A stretch of DNA of 64,000 nucleotides from the human T2T-CHM13v2.0 reference genome, Homo sapiens. Shown here one piece after another: positions 62,245 through 64,000 of the stretch (its first letter is position 1; every line of letters begins with the position of its first letter). The stretch lies in assembly GCF_009914755.1 (NCBI RefSeq), contig NC_060936.1. One strand, given 5' to 3'. The notes beneath the pieces are model-generated. The model did not search any database. It saw only the letters and a program-made list of their open reading frames with translations, and had not been told where the DNA came from. The position numbers and the translations under genes are program-made.

Positions 62245-62440
62245 ACAAAATATTTCTATAAAAAATAGGAAGATTAATCAGACATGGTGGTATGCGTCTG
62301 TAGTCTCAGCTACTCAGGAGGCTGAAGTGGGAGGATGGCTTGTGCCCATAAGGTAGACGTTGCAGTGAGCCAAGATCATGCCACTGCATTCCAGCCTGGG
62401 TGACAGTGAGACCCTGTCTCACAAAAAAAGGAAAAAAAAA
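62245..62440 (+). mobile_element. 5'-truncated AluJ/FRAM (right arm)
   Basis: CATGGTGGTATGCGTCTGTAGTC...GGGAGGATGGCTTG...GAGACCCTGTCTC plus A tail. Confidence 0.88.
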
Positions 62441-62757
62441 TGTATGCCTGAGTAAGAAGGTATCTCCTTATTCTTCCGTTTTCTTTTATAAATATAATGT
62501 ACTGGATATAATTATAAACCTGTGTCAACATTCAACTCAAAAAAATATTTATTGAAAACCGCCTATGTGTAAGATACCCTGCAAGAAACATGTTAGAAGT
62601 AAAACAGCTCTTGAGTCAAGGAGCTACGTTGTCATATGTGAAAAAGAGCTGTTAGCTAAGAAAGCACTGGTATCTAAAATGCTGTAGGAGATGATCAAGG
62701 GTTTTGCTCAGATTTTTGGTAAAAATTGAGAAATTGAATTTGGACCTTACTTTATAG

Positions 62758-63099
62758 CAGGGGTCCCCAATTCTGAGGCTGTGGACCAGTACCTGTTCGT
62801 CGCCTGTTAGGAACTGGGGTACACAGCAGGAGGTGAGCAGCAGCTAGTGAGCATTAGCACCTGAGCTCCATCTCCCGTCAGGTCAGCTGCAGCATTGGAT
62901 TTCATAGGAGTACAAACCCTATTGGGAACTGCACATGCAAGGGATCTAGGTTGTGTGCCTCTTATGAGAATCTAATGTTAGATAATCTGAGGTGGAACAG
63001 TTTCATCCATTCCCCGCTAACCACCCCCCCCACCAAGTGTGTGGAAAAATTGTCTTCCATGAAACAGGTCCTTGGTGCCAAAAAGGTTGGAGACAGCTG
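62758..63099 (+). mobile_element. MER1B (hAT-Charlie)
   Basis: TIRs CAGGGGTCCCCAA and TTGGAGACAGCTG. 8-bp TSD CTTTATAG/ATTTACAG. Confidence 0.92.
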
Positions 63100-63610
63100 A
63101 TTTACAGGATACCGAAGACCTAGACCAGTGGAGTTGGAAGGGTACAATTTGTTGATGGGCTGTGGAAAGAGAACATTAAGATCCACAGTGCCTTTTGATA
63201 ATTGACACAGATATTCTCATCTTTCAAAAACATTTGCTGGTTTTGTTGTCATTTTTTCTATTGTTTTTAACATGACATGCATTTTGTAAACTTATGTGTG
63301 ATGGGCAGATTATCTTTAAATGGCCTACCAAACTCCCAGGAATATTGCACAGGAAGAAGGAGAGGAAAAGGGACTTATAGTTGAGCACAGCTGTACTGCA
63401 GAACATGAACAAAGCAATGATTGACAATAAATCAAAAAAATTATTAGGCTGTTTTATGGAGAATTTCACATGAATCTTAAGGGTTGTACCACATTAGATT
63501 ATTGTTCACAAGATTATTGTTGGGATAATAATGCATTGCAATTGGCTTTATTACCAGATGTTTCTGTTAAAAAAGTTGGAGAGCTGTCCTGTAGTCATAT
63601 GCCCAAGTTA

Positions 63611-63920
63611 TTTTTTTTTGTTTTGAGATGGAGTCTCACTCCATTCTGTCACCCAGGCTGAGTGCAGTGGTGCAATCTCGGCTCACTGCAACCTCTGCCT
63701 CCTAGGTTGAAGTGATTCTCCTGCCTCAGCCTCCTGTGTAACTGAGACTACAGGCGTGCACCACCACGCCCTGCTGAGTTTTTTTTTTTTTTTTTTTTTA
63801 AATAGAGATAGGGTTTCACCATATTGGCCAGGCTGGTCTCGAACTTCTGACCTCGTGATCTGCCTGTCATGGACTCCCAAAGTGCTGGGATTATAGGCTT
63901 GAGCCACACAGCACCCAGCC
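63611..63920 (-). mobile_element. AluSg-like
   Basis: Antisense dimer with GACCTCGTGATC. TSD CATATGCCCAA(G/C)TT at 63596-63609 and 63921-63934. Confidence 0.94.
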
Positions 63921-64000
63921 CATATGCCCAACTTCTAAGGCCCAACCCGGGATAAGTGAGACTCCTTGTCAGAAAATGATTTTTTGTGTGTTTAATTGAC

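Overview
Primate (human or great-ape-like), AT-rich, gene-poor DNA dominated by interspersed repeats. I found no protein-coding exon, RNA gene or CpG island. The long ORFs are LINE-1 ORF1/ORF2 or ERVL pol remnants, or artefacts of a (TA)-rich microsatellite. Contents: three young L1PA insertions, each 5'-inverted and bounded by a TSD (350-1258, 19735-22047, 28037-31309); seven Alus; solo LTRs (LTR8A/B, MER11D, MER61A, three THE1, MST/MLT1); a two-LTR ERVL provirus (54506-61134); DNA transposons (two MER1B, Charlie4a-like, Tigger3, a possible MARNA); older L1M/L2/MIR remnants. All subfamily names come from recalled consensus sequences, not from a search. The best lead is the L1 pair at about 20 kb and 28-31 kb. 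They lie in inverted orientation, share three non-consensus ORF2 alleles, and the inverted piece of one ends at the L1 position where the inverted piece of the other begins. This suggests a coupled insertion, a shared source or ectopic gene conversion, and is an inference that needs testing.
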